Shown piece by piece: positions 9,461 to 18,926 of a stretch of 35,735 nt of DNA. The notes beneath the pieces were generated by a model. It saw only the letters and a program-made list of their open reading frames with translations, searched no databases and was not told the DNA's origin. A program made the position numbers and the translations under genes. Within the stretch, counting starts at the first letter, position 1, and each line of letters starts with the position of its first letter. Origin of the DNA: Gammaproteobacteria bacterium (GTDB lineage: Bacteria; Pseudomonadota; Gammaproteobacteria; SG8-11); assembly GCA_031421535.1 (NCBI GenBank), contig JANOOV010000361.1, positions 1 to 35,735 on the forward strand. Reading direction: 5' to 3'.

Positions 9461-9844
9461 ATGCGTATCGCCTCCCCACTATTGAACTGCACGCTGTCAG
9501 CATTGTTATTGACACTGAGCCCACTCGCCCATGCCGGTGACGCCGAATCCGCCTTCATCGCCGCCGAAGCCGGCGACTACACCACGGCGATGGCGCAATG
9601 GAGATCACTTGCGCAATCCGGCAATGCTGAGGCGCAGTTCAATCTGGGATTGATGTATCACAGCGGCCTAAGCGGCAGCATGAGTGAACACGAAGCCGTG
9701 AGCTGGTACGAAAAAGCGGCACAAAGCGGCTACCCGAAAGCGCAGGAATTTTTAGCCATTGCCTATCGCGAAGGCTGGTTTGGCTTGAAGCGCGATCCAG
9801 GCAAAGCGGATTACTGGCTAAGCCAGCTTGAAGTGGTCCCGTAG
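9461..9844 (+). CDS. Secreted Sel1-repeat (TPR-like) protein
   Basis: Signal peptide (AHA), A.SGNAEAQFNLGLMY..G and WYEKAAQSGYPKAQ..LA..Y..G Sel1 repeats; GAGGA RBS. Confidence 0.88.
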   Translation: MRIASPLLNCTLSALLLTLSPLAHAGDAESAFIAAEAGDYTTAMAQWRSLAQSGNAEAQFNLGLMYHSGLSGSMSEHEAVSWYEKAAQSGYPKAQEFLAIAYREGWFGLKRDPGKADYWLSQLEVVP

Positions 9845-9892
9845 CAAAACGTCTTCGCACGACCGCCTGAAATAACGTCCGACGCAACATCT

Positions 9893-9922
9893 GTTCATCC
9901 GCTGCGGTACGCGCGGATGAAC
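9893..9922. other. Intergenic hairpin (possible terminator)
   Basis: Perfect 10-bp arms GTTCATCCGC..GCGGATGAAC between the Sel1 gene and the lipoprotein operon; U-tract is weak. Confidence 0.45.
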
Positions 9923-10024
9923 GGGGTCTTTTCCGCAATTGACCCTCTCTGCAATGTAGTTCATCATCTTCGCCACCTCATAATTGTGCGACGCACTGCG
10001 TCGTTAACGGTCAAGGAGATCATG

Positions 10025-10591
10025 ATGAGCATCGGGAAAAAATTTGTTGGCGCGTTACTGGTCCTGTCGGTCGCGTTGCTGAGCGCATGCGGTGGCGGAA
10101 AAACCGTGGTCGAAAGCAATTTGAAAATCAAAGGCGCACCGGACTGGGTGAATGAAGGCACCAACACCCTGAACTCCAAAGACGGCCGTTTGTTCCACGG
10201 CATCGGTTCTGCGCCGAAGCTGGGCGATATGGAATTACAACGCAGCACCGCAGAAAATCGCGCACGTTCGGAAGTCGCGCGCATCCTGTCGTCCTATATG
10301 GACGTCGTCTCCAAAGATTTTCTGGCGTCGTCTTCGGCGGGCAGCAGCGCGGAAACGCAACAAAGCGTGTCGCGCTCCATTGAGAACGTCACCCGGGTGA
10401 ATCTCAGCGGCGCAAAAATTATTGCCAACTGGCGCGACGATAAAGAGGGCATCATCTATTCTTTGGCCGAGCTCGACATGAAGTACGTGAAAGACATCAT
10501 TAAAAACACGCAAGAGATGAATGCTGATTTGCGCACGCATATCGAACAGCGCGGTGACACCATTTTCGACAAACTGACGGGGAAAAAATAA
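10025..10591 (+). CDS. LPP20-like lipoprotein
   Basis: AAGGAG at 10013-10018; lipobox LLSAC; APDWV, GIGSA, A.NRARSEVAR LPP20-type motifs; TAATG overlap with the next gene. Confidence 0.75.
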   Translation: MSIGKKFVGALLVLSVALLSACGGGKTVVESNLKIKGAPDWVNEGTNTLNSKDGRLFHGIGSAPKLGDMELQRSTAENRARSEVARILSSYMDVVSKDFLASSSAGSSAETQQSVSRSIENVTRVNLSGAKIIANWRDDKEGIIYSLAELDMKYVKDIIKNTQEMNADLRTHIEQRGDTIFDKLTGKK

Positions 10592-11199
10592 TGCGCACGA
10601 TTCGCATCGTATCGATAGGAGCCATTGTATTAAGCGCGACTCTCAGCTTCGGCTGCGGCGGAACCAAGGTTGCACGCATGGAGGTGGGAACCGTTACGGA
10701 TTTGAGCGGCGACTGGAACGACACCGACTCGCGTTTAGTGTCGGAAGAAATGATCCGGGACGTGTTGTCCGCACCGTGGCTGGCACGCAATAAATCCGAA
10801 GGCAAAAAAACGCCATCGTTGATCGTCGGTGAAATCAAGAACCTCAGTCACGAACACATCGCGGTCAAAACCTTCGTCGGCGACATAGAGCGCGTGTTGA
10901 TCAACGCTGGCGACGTGCAATTCGTCGCGTCGAGCAGTGAGCGCCAGGAAGTACGCGGGGAACGAAAAGATCAGGATCTGAACGCCTCCGAGGAGACACG
11001 CAAGGCGATGGGCAAGGAGGCCGGCGCGGACTTCATGCTCAAGGGTGAAATCAATACCATCATCGACGCGGAAGGCAAAAATCAGGTGAAATTTTATCAA
11101 ATCGACCTGACCTTGATCAGCATGACCGACAACCGCAAGGTGTGGGTCGGCCAGAAGAAAATCAAAAAGCTGGTGGAAAAAGGCAAGATGCGGCTGTAA
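10591..11199 (+). CDS. LpoB-like (LpoB/CsgG-fold) lipoprotein
   Basis: Lipobox LSFGC; DLSGDWNDTD, IKNLSHEHI, GKEAGADFMLKGEI, YQIDLTL..W motifs of the family annotated as PBP activator LpoB. Confidence 0.8.
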   Translation: MRTIRIVSIGAIVLSATLSFGCGGTKVARMEVGTVTDLSGDWNDTDSRLVSEEMIRDVLSAPWLARNKSEGKKTPSLIVGEIKNLSHEHIAVKTFVGDIERVLINAGDVQFVASSSERQEVRGERKDQDLNASEETRKAMGKEAGADFMLKGEINTIIDAEGKNQVKFYQIDLTLISMTDNRKVWVGQKKIKKLVEKGKMRL

Positions 11200-11234
11200 C
11201 AACCCTGCCGTGTTGCACGTAATGGCTTGAGATC

Positions 11235-12533
11235 ATGCACCAACGTTTATTGCTCCGTGCTGTACTCGTCAGCCTGCTGGTGAGTGCCACAAGCGGCTGC
11301 GCCGGTTACGCCTACAAATTTCAACCGATTGAGCGCGCACTCAGTGCGCGCCAGCCCGATGTTGCGCTGAAAGCACTGGATAAAGCCTATGCTCCAACCG
11401 GAGTGGATGCACCGCTGTATTATCTGAACAAAGGCATACTGTTACGCCTGAACCAGCGCTATACCGACAGCAATACGGCCCTGGAAACAGCCAAGCGGCT
11501 CATCGACGCCGTGGAAGCGGTGAGCATCACCGAACAAACCAGCTCCGTCATTGTCAACGACACGGTACGCAGCTACGAAGGCGAAGACTTCGAAAAAGTC
11601 TTGCTGCATATTTACAAGGCACTCAACTACCTCGACTTGCAACAACCTTATGAAGCACGCGTGGAAGTGCTGCAAGTCGACGTAAAAATCCGCGAATTAA
11701 ACGGCGGCGCGCACGGAGCGGCGCTCACCGAAGAAGCGTTTGCGCGTTATTTAACCGGCATTATTTACGAGAATCTGGGCGAGTGGTCCGATGCGATGAT
11801 TGCGTATCGCAAGGCCTACGAGGCCTTCGATCTTTACAAAAAGAAGTACCACGTGGCCTTACCCGAATCGCTCAAATACGCATTGTTGCGTTTGGCCGAA
11901 CGCCAGGGACTCGAAGACGAGCTTAAAAAATTCCGTGAGGAATTTGGAATCAAAGACTGGCCCAGTGTCGCCAGCCGCGAAACCCACGGCGAATTGGTAC
12001 TGACCCTGCACACCAGCCTGGTGGCGCTTAAAGGTGAAGTCGCATCGCAGGCGCTCGACCCCACCTCGGGTCGCTTCATACGCATCGCACTTCCAGTATA
12101 TCGGCCGCGCGCCGTGCAGGTCACACAGGCACGTTTGCGGGTCGGCGATCAGACGGTGCGACTCGACTTAGTGGAAGATATCAACGCGCTTGCCATCAAA
12201 TCCCTGGAATCGCACATCGCCGCCATCACCGCACGCGCGGTGGCGCGTGCGGCAGTAAAATATCGCATGAGCAAAGAAGCGGAGAAACGCGATGCCGGAG
12301 TTGGATTACTGATGAATCTGGCGGGAGTGATTTCCGAACAGGCGGATACACGCAGCTGGTCCAGCCTGCCGGCGCAGATCCATCTGGGACGCGTGTCGCT
12401 AGCGCCAGGCGCCCACAAAGCCCAGCTTGAATTGCTGGATAACTCGGGCAAACTGATTCACACGCAAGACTTGGGCAGCGTATCGATTACGCAGGGCAAA
12501 GCCACTTATGTTGCGTTTCACTGGACATCTTGA
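11235..12533 (+). CDS. COG3014-like TPR-type lipoprotein of unknown function
   Basis: Lipobox-like ATSGC; LYYLNKG, YEGEDFEKVL..YKALNYL, ARVE, ADTRSWSSLP, C-terminal beta domain. Confidence 0.78.
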   Translation: MHQRLLLRAVLVSLLVSATSGCAGYAYKFQPIERALSARQPDVALKALDKAYAPTGVDAPLYYLNKGILLRLNQRYTDSNTALETAKRLIDAVEAVSITEQTSSVIVNDTVRSYEGEDFEKVLLHIYKALNYLDLQQPYEARVEVLQVDVKIRELNGGAHGAALTEEAFARYLTGIIYENLGEWSDAMIAYRKAYEAFDLYKKKYHVALPESLKYALLRLAERQGLEDELKKFREEFGIKDWPSVASRETHGELVLTLHTSLVALKGEVASQALDPTSGRFIRIALPVYRPRAVQVTQARLRVGDQTVRLDLVEDINALAIKSLESHIAAITARAVARAAVKYRMSKEAEKRDAGVGLLMNLAGVISEQADTRSWSSLPAQIHLGRVSLAPGAHKAQLELLDNSGKLIHTQDLGSVSITQGKATYVAFHWTS

Positions 12534-12553
12534 ATTTTACGGAGTGCATCATC

Positions 12554-13588
12554 ATGACATTTAGAACACCAGCTCTCATTTTGAGCGTGGCTTTGCTGCT
12601 CAGCGCCTGCAGCGGCACGCCCCGCAAGCCCGCCGCCGACCAGCCGGACTGGGTCAACGGGCGCAGTGCGCAGTATTCCCCGGAGCTGTATCTCACCGGT
12701 CGCGGGCAAAGTCGGCAGTCCGATGACGCCAAAGACCGTGCGCGCGCCGATCTGGCGAAAACGTTCGAGGTTTACATCCAGGAAAACCAGAAAGACGTAC
12801 AGGCGTTCAGCGCCGTGAAGGAAAACGACAAAACGCAGCAGACGCATTCACAACTTGAGGTCACACGCACCATTCTCACCAGCACCGACCAGATTGTGCG
12901 TGGCATTCAGATCGGCGACGTATGGCGCGATTCCGTCAGTGGCGAGCAGCATGCGCTGGCGATCCTTTCGCGCACACAAGCCGCCGCCGCCTTGCGTCAG
13001 GAAATCGGGCGCCTGGATGAATCCACTCGCATCAGCATTGATGCGGCCGCCAACAGCGAAGATGCATTGGTAAAAATCGGCAAGGCCAATCGCGCACTTA
13101 ACGCGCAAATTGAGCGGCTCGCATTCCAGCGCAGCCTGACGGTCGTTGACCGCAGCGGCGAAGGCGTACGCACCACCTGGAGCATTGCCTCACTGCAAAA
13201 CGATTTTGAAAAATTACTCAATCGCACGCGCGTGCGCCCGATCATTACCAATGACGACAGCGGGCAAGTCAAAGACCTCATGGCAGGCGCCATTGCCGCC
13301 GCAGGTTTTGCGGCTGACGATTCCGCAAACACCGACTTTATTCTGGAAACGTCGCTGAACCTGGAAGACCTCGGACAGAAATTCGACGGCTGGTGGTGGT
13401 CGCAAGGTGCGCTCGAAATCAAATTGCTCGACAGAAATGGCAAAACCCGAGGCACCAAACGCTGGCCGATCAAAGTCTCTGCGCAACAAAAACCGCTGGT
13501 CGCGCTGCGCGCCAAAGACGATGTCACAAAAATCTTAAGCAAAGAGCTGCGCGCGACGATGGTGGGGTTTACCGTCGCTGCGCCGTAA
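12554..13588 (+). CDS. LPP20-family lipoprotein with C-terminal domain
   Basis: GGAG at 12541; lipobox LLSAC; PDWV, YLTGRG, AKDRARADLAK.F motifs. Confidence 0.78.
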   Translation: MTFRTPALILSVALLLSACSGTPRKPAADQPDWVNGRSAQYSPELYLTGRGQSRQSDDAKDRARADLAKTFEVYIQENQKDVQAFSAVKENDKTQQTHSQLEVTRTILTSTDQIVRGIQIGDVWRDSVSGEQHALAILSRTQAAAALRQEIGRLDESTRISIDAAANSEDALVKIGKANRALNAQIERLAFQRSLTVVDRSGEGVRTTWSIASLQNDFEKLLNRTRVRPIITNDDSGQVKDLMAGAIAAAGFAADDSANTDFILETSLNLEDLGQKFDGWWWSQGALEIKLLDRNGKTRGTKRWPIKVSAQQKPLVALRAKDDVTKILSKELRATMVGFTVAAP

Positions 13589-13608
13589 CGCACTGTCAGG
13601 TGGCTTCC

Positions 13609-13890
13609 ATGAGCCCAAAAAAACTCCGTCTCGCAACCGTCGTTGCCACGCTCGAACGACATTCGCAGCGCGCGACCTACGGTGCGGTGGGTGGTTTTGT
13701 TGGCTTACCTGCCCAGTCAGTCATGAACAAAGAAGTCAAGAGTCATCGGAACGCATGGGTTGTGGCCGTCAAGACTGGTGAGCCCACTGGTTATGACAGA
13801 ACGCAGATCCCTCCGTCGTTGAATAAAAACGCCAGGGTTCTTGATTCACCTGCCGCGCTAGATACGTGGCTAAAGGATGTAATGTCGTAA
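13609..13890 (+). CDS. Small hypothetical protein with weak alkyltransferase-like (ATL/MGMT) HTH resemblance
   Basis: 93 aa from ATG 13609 after AGGTGG; RATYGAVG..G.PAQSV..WVV..TGEP pattern. Confidence 0.6.
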   Translation: MSPKKLRLATVVATLERHSQRATYGAVGGFVGLPAQSVMNKEVKSHRNAWVVAVKTGEPTGYDRTQIPPSLNKNARVLDSPAALDTWLKDVMS

Positions 13891-13900
13891 GGTAAAAAAT

Positions 13901-14605
13901 ATGTCGCCGTGCTACTCAATGACATTATTTCAAAAGGTTCTCTCACTTAATCGCTACGTCTCAACCCTCGTTCTACTGTGTTCTTGCGCTGCCCCCGCAG
14001 CCGCTGACGGTTTAGACCGGCGCGCATTGACAATTCTCGGAATTACTCCGGGGGAAAGTACCTTTGAGGATGTGGCTCGACTTTACGGCGCGGCCGGTCA
14101 ATGGCACACCGGGGACGCCCACAGTTCTGAAACAAAGATTTGTTTTCGCTTCGGCTCAGGAGACGCAGGTACATGGGTGGTGTTCGCATCAAACTCTGAA
14201 ATGGCGGGAGCGCCACAGTACCTAGTCACTGATATCCGCCTCTATTCTTCGGCCGAATTTTTCACAGATACGCAACGATGTAAGCCGGTTCTGAAGGGAC
14301 GCTACTCTTTTTCAACAAAAAGCGGTGTCGGCCTTGGTGTCTCTGCGGCAAAAATGGAGAAAATTCTCGGGAAACATGAGCGTCGTGAAAACGCTCATTT
14401 TGTTTGGGTGGCCTGTCCGAAAATCCCGATTCCCGAAACTGATCCTAAATATGACTATTGGTTAAAACGCGAAGGTTGCTTCGAGGATGAGCACGGCGGC
14501 TGGAAAGGTAAGCCGTACTACAACGCGTGCGCGGGAGTGACCGTCGGTTTGAAAAACGGGAAAGTCACGTATCTGGAATTGTCCAGCGCTGACTCAATTT
14601 GCTAA
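13901..14605 (+). CDS. Hypothetical exported Cys-containing protein
   Basis: 234 aa; AAGG upstream; hydrophobic N-terminus (LVLLCSC / AAA); two BamE/BLIP-like motifs; six Cys in the mature part. Confidence 0.65.
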   Translation: MSPCYSMTLFQKVLSLNRYVSTLVLLCSCAAPAAADGLDRRALTILGITPGESTFEDVARLYGAAGQWHTGDAHSSETKICFRFGSGDAGTWVVFASNSEMAGAPQYLVTDIRLYSSAEFFTDTQRCKPVLKGRYSFSTKSGVGLGVSAAKMEKILGKHERRENAHFVWVACPKIPIPETDPKYDYWLKREGCFEDEHGGWKGKPYYNACAGVTVGLKNGKVTYLELSSADSIC

Positions 14606-14621
14606 GAGCCGTTTTTTAAAG

Positions 14622-16019
14622 CTACTTTTCGATGTAGCGCAGCGCCTGTCCGATCCGCGCCAGCGCACGCGCCTTGCCGATCAAGTGGGTCGTGACATCA
14701 ATCGGTGGTGACACCGCCGTGCCGGTCAGCGCGACACGCAGCGGTTGCGCCAGCTTACCCATGTTCATGCCGTGCTGCTCCGCCACTTCACCCACCACGC
14801 GATGAATTTCCTGCGGTGTCCACGGCTCAAGAATCGCGAGCTGTTCACGCAGCGCATGTAGCACCGGAGCCCCGTCTTTTGTCAGATGCTTGGTCGCGGC
14901 TTTTTCTTCATAGCCGCTGAAGTCCTTGTAAAAACACATCACGCTGTCAGCCAATTCGACCAAGGTCTTGGCGCGCTCTTGATGAATCTTCACCACCTCG
15001 ACAATATCCGGCCCGGCGGACGGATCGATGTCGCGTTTGCTTAAGTGCCAGCTCAAATGCCGTGCGACGTGTTCGGGAGTGCTGGTCTTGATGTACTGCT
15101 GATTGAGCCACAGCAACTTCTCGGGGTTGAAGGCCGACGCCGCGCGGTGCACGTTGTTTACATCAAACAGTTCGATCATCTGATCGACGGAAAAAATTTC
15201 CTGATCGCCATGCGACCAGCCCAGGCGCACCAGATAATTCAATAAGGCTTCCGGCAAAAATCCATCGTCGCGATACTGCATCACGCTCACTGCACCGTGG
15301 CGTTTGGACAGCTTCTGCCCGTCCGCACCCATGATCATCGACACGTGCGCATAATGCGGCGGTGTGACGCCCAGAGCCTGGAGAATGTTCATCTGGCGCG
15401 GCGTGTTGTTGAGGTGGTCGTCGCCGCGAATCACGTGCGTGATTTTCATGTCCATGTCATCGACAACTACCGTGAAATTGTAGGTCGGCGTGCCGTCGGT
15501 GCGTGCGATGATCAGATCATCCAGCTCGGTGTTCTTGAACACCACGCGGCCTTTGATCAGATCATCGACCACAGTTTCACCGTCGATGGGATTTTTAAAA
15601 CGCACCACCGCCGGAACACCCGGACGTGCTTGGGCCAGGTGTCGACAGCGGCCGTCGTAACGCGGCTTCTCTTTGTTAGCCATCTGTGCGGTGCGCATCT
15701 GCTCCAGCTCTTCCTTCGAGCAATAGCAGCGGTACGCCGTGCCCGCCTGCACCATCTGCGCGATGACGTCCTTGTAACGCGGAAAGCGATGCGTTTGATA
15801 GAACGGCCCTTCGTCGTACTCCAGCCCGAGCCAGGTCATGCCTTCTAAAATCGCATTCACCGATTCGACGCTGGAGCGCTCCAGATCGGTGTCTTCGATA
15901 CGTAAAATAAACGTGCCGCCGTGCTTGCGCGCATGCAGCCACGAATACAGCGCGGTGCGCGCGCCGCCGACATGCAGATAACCAGTGGGACTGGGGGCAA
16001 AACGGGTGCGGAGGGTCAT
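14622..16019 (-). CDS. gltX: Glutamate--tRNA ligase
   Basis: [14 protein letters not shown] (HIGH), [20 protein letters not shown] (KMSKS), PLRVALTG. Confidence 0.98.
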   Translation of the reverse strand: MTLRTRFAPSPTGYLHVGGARTALYSWLHARKHGGTFILRIEDTDLERSSVESVNAILEGMTWLGLEYDEGPFYQTHRFPRYKDVIAQMVQAGTAYRCYCSKEELEQMRTAQMANKEKPRYDGRCRHLAQARPGVPAVVRFKNPIDGETVVDDLIKGRVVFKNTELDDLIIARTDGTPTYNFTVVVDDMDMKITHVIRGDDHLNNTPRQMNILQALGVTPPHYAHVSMIMGADGQKLSKRHGAVSVMQYRDDGFLPEALLNYLVRLGWSHGDQEIFSVDQMIELFDVNNVHRAASAFNPEKLLWLNQQYIKTSTPEHVARHLSWHLSKRDIDPSAGPDIVEVVKIHQERAKTLVELADSVMCFYKDFSGYEEKAATKHLTKDGAPVLHALREQLAILEPWTPQEIHRVVGEVAEQHGMNMGKLAQPLRVALTGTAVSPPIDVTTHLIGKARALARIGQALRYIEK

Positions 16020-16238
16020 CGGCTCATCCTGAAAAACACAACGGCCGGTAGTTTAGCAGGGCGCTGCGGGAACGCGAAAACGTGCAGCGGCATGGGTCAC
16101 GTTATCCAGGCGGGGTGGCCTGATGGAAACATTATTTAACCTAACACCCTCCCAGCCCTCAATCATTTTTTAAGTTTTCTCGGCTACCATTTGCGCTGCT
16201 GTTTACGCGCTGAACTGATTGCCAAAAAGGAAATCACC

Positions 16239-17066
16239 ATGCCACTTGTCATCTCCGCCCTGCTTGCCGCACTGATTGTCGCTTTAATTGTGTTGATCGG
16301 CGTTCTGCTGTTTAAACTGCGCAGCCTGCGCATCGTTGCGCTCAGTGCGGCAACCAAGCGCGATATCGACAATTTGTACAGCCAGATTGAAGCGTTCGAA
16401 TCGTTGCATCAGGAATTAGGCTTTGACCGCGCATTGCCACGCTTGCGCGGCAACACGGTTTCGCCGGATTTCCTGCGTGAGCTGGCCCAACAGGCGGGGC
16501 GTCGCCGCCCACAGTACGTGGTGGAATGCGGCAGCGGCGTGTCCACCGTGGTGTTGGCGAAAACGCTCAGCAAAAACGGTTATGGCCACGTCTATAGCAT
16601 GGATCAAGACATTGACAGCGCCAACAAAACCTATCGCTGGCTAAACGAACATGGCCTGACCGAATGGGCGACGGTAATCTACGCCGAGCCGATTCAATAC
16701 ACCCTCAACGGCAACGATTTCACTTGGTACGCACTGAGTGATTTACCCAATAGCGCCATCGACTTGATGGTGATCAACGGACCAAATTCCGAAACGCAGA
16801 AATACGCGCGTTACCCGGCGCTGTTCCTGCTGCGCGCACGGTTGACCGACCAGTCCGCCATTATTGTCAACAACACCAACCGCCCCGACGACGTCGCGAC
16901 GCTCGCACTCTGGTCACATGACTTCCCCGAATTTCATTTTCAAAAGCTGCGCTGTGAAAAGGGTTGCGCGGTCGGCGAACGGGTCGGCCCGGCGAATTCT
17001 GAAGTTAAAATGTTAACGAATCCCGCGCCCGTGCGGCGTACTGCAAGTAAACGCGGCGCGACTTGA
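16239..17066 (+). CDS. Membrane-anchored class I SAM-dependent methyltransferase-fold protein
   Basis: AAGGA RBS before ATG 16239; N-terminal TM helix; SPDFL, VECGSGVST, RYPAL. Confidence 0.78.
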   Translation: MPLVISALLAALIVALIVLIGVLLFKLRSLRIVALSAATKRDIDNLYSQIEAFESLHQELGFDRALPRLRGNTVSPDFLRELAQQAGRRRPQYVVECGSGVSTVVLAKTLSKNGYGHVYSMDQDIDSANKTYRWLNEHGLTEWATVIYAEPIQYTLNGNDFTWYALSDLPNSAIDLMVINGPNSETQKYARYPALFLLRARLTDQSAIIVNNTNRPDDVATLALWSHDFPEFHFQKLRCEKGCAVGERVGPANSEVKMLTNPAPVRRTASKRGAT

Positions 17067-17102
17067 TACGGTTTTGCTGGAAAAGCTTGCGACGTTTTTC
17101 GG

Positions 17103-18908
17103 TTATCGCGTGTTGTGACCGAAGGGTTTCGAAGGGGTGTTTGGCTGGCTCTCGGTAGAGATCGCGCTTACCGTCGCGTTGCTGCAATTGATGCGTTTTT
17201 CACGTTCGCGCTGGATCAACTCGGCGCTCGCTGCTTCCGGCATGCCGATTTCTTCCAGCACAAACGCCGCCAGTTGTAGGCTGGATTCGAGCGTTTCTGG
17301 AATCACCTCGTTAGCACCGGCGCGGATTAAAAGCTGCGCGTGTTTTTCGTCGCGGGCGCGCGCGAAAATACGCACCTTGGGATAGTCACGGCGGATTGCG
17401 CTCACCGCGTTGAGCGCGGCGCTGTAGTGGTCCATGGTAATGACCACCGCGCGAGCGCGATCGACACGCACCTGACGCAATAAATCCGGGCGGCTGGCGT
17501 CACCGGAAAACACCGGCAATCCACGCCGATGCAGATTGTTCGCGACCTTCGCGTCGTGTTCCAGCGCCAGATAGGGAATGTTCTGCGCAACGAACAATTC
17601 CCCGAGCAACTGCCCAACCCGACCGAACCCGGCGATAACAATGTGCCCGTCAAGCTCCGGCACGCTGGGGGGCTCAGTCACCACCGACTGACCCAAACCA
17701 CTGTCGATCCACCGCCCCAATGTACAGCCAACGCGCGCGACCATGGGGGTCGCCAGCATGCTGAAGCCGACCACCAGCATGACAAATTGTCCCACTTCAT
17801 TCGGCAGCACCTGTTGCAGTATGGCGATGCCGATGACGATGAATGCAAATTCGCCACCTTGCCCGAGTAACGCACCCGACTCCATCGCCTGACCCCACGA
17901 CAGTCCGAAGCTTCTGAACAGCGGAATCATGACCAGACTCTTTACCGCGAACAATCCCAGCACTGACAGCGGAATCCACAGCGGGTCGTGCAACAGCGTA
18001 CGCACGTCCACACTCATGCCTACGCCCATAAAAAACATGCCCATGAGCAAGCCCTTGAACGGCTCGATCATCACTTGAATTTCATGGCGGTATTCGGTTT
18101 CGGCCAACAGCAGGCCCGCGAGAAATGCGCCCAACGCCAGCGACAGACCCGCCACCCAGGTTAATGTTGCGATGCCCAGGACGCTGAGCAAGGTCATGGC
18201 CATAAATGTCTCGGGCTGGCGCGTCACCAATACACGGTGAAACAGCGGACGCAATACACTACGACCCAGCAGCACAATCAAGCCAATCACAGCGACAGCT
18301 TTCAGTAGCGCGACCGCGATCAACCCGAAAAAATTTCCATCCTGCAACTGACCGAGAATACCGACCAACACCAGCAACGGCGCTACGGCCAAATCCTGCA
18401 ACAACAACACTGAAAAACTTGCGCGGCCCACGGGCGATGCAAGTTCGCGACGCTCCGTCAGCAATTGCACTACGATGGCGGTTGATGACAATGACAATAC
18501 CAGGCCCAAGACCACCGCCGATTGCCATGAATTACCAAATGCGGCTGCCAGCGCGCCGATGCACAGCGCGCTGATCAACACCTGCGCCGTACCCGCGCCG
18601 AACACCCAGCGGCGCATCGCCCACAGACGTTCGGCGGACAATTCCAGTCCGACCAGAAACAGCAGAAACACCACACCGAAATCGGCCAGGATGCGCGCGC
18701 CTTCCAAACGCGGGAACGTCACGTGACTCAGCCACGGCGAAGTATCGACAAACAAGCCCAGACCGAAGGGTCCAAACACGGCCCCGGTGACCAGAAAGCC
18801 CAGCACCTGGCTGATACGAAAACGCTGCAACAGCGGAATGAGAATCCCGGTCAGCGCAAGAAACAGAATGGCTTCGCGGAGAAACGGAACCTGACCGGTG
18901 TCACCCAT
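17103..18908 (-). CDS. CPA2-family K+/H+ antiporter (KefB/KefC-like) with TrkA-N domain
   Basis: Many TM helices; FLLFLVGLEL, LSSTAIV, LLLQDL, LGAFLAGLLL, FKGLL, QGGEFAF; C-terminal IAGFGRVGQ, GDA, ARARD. Confidence 0.92.
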   Translation of the reverse strand: MGDTGQVPFLREAILFLALTGILIPLLQRFRISQVLGFLVTGAVFGPFGLGLFVDTSPWLSHVTFPRLEGARILADFGVVFLLFLVGLELSAERLWAMRRWVFGAGTAQVLISALCIGALAAAFGNSWQSAVVLGLVLSLSSTAIVVQLLTERRELASPVGRASFSVLLLQDLAVAPLLVLVGILGQLQDGNFFGLIAVALLKAVAVIGLIVLLGRSVLRPLFHRVLVTRQPETFMAMTLLSVLGIATLTWVAGLSLALGAFLAGLLLAETEYRHEIQVMIEPFKGLLMGMFFMGVGMSVDVRTLLHDPLWIPLSVLGLFAVKSLVMIPLFRSFGLSWGQAMESGALLGQGGEFAFIVIGIAILQQVLPNEVGQFVMLVVGFSMLATPMVARVGCTLGRWIDSGLGQSVVTEPPSVPELDGHIVIAGFGRVGQLLGELFVAQNIPYLALEHDAKVANNLHRRGLPVFSGDASRPDLLRQVRVDRARAVVITMDHYSAALNAVSAIRRDYPKVRIFARARDEKHAQLLIRAGANEVIPETLESSLQLAAFVLEEIGMPEAASAELIQREREKRINCSNATVSAISTESQPNTPSKPFGHNTR

Positions 18909-18926
18909 GCAAACAGGACGGCGACG

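Noticed and set aside
13393-13608. N-terminal extension of the 165-aa ORF
   Set aside because: Overlaps the upstream lipoprotein gene; a better start with SD is at 13609.
16100-16135. TTATCCAG..TGGCCTGATGGAAAC upstream of the methyltransferase, reminiscent of a SAM-I riboswitch 5' part
   Set aside because: It lacks the GAGGGA kink-turn/pseudoknot segment, GCAACC and the closing P1 strand, so the resemblance is probably chance; an Rfam cmscan would settle it.
16020-16238. tRNA genes often found beside gltX
   Set aside because: No TTCGA T-loop or cloverleaf found on either side of gltX.
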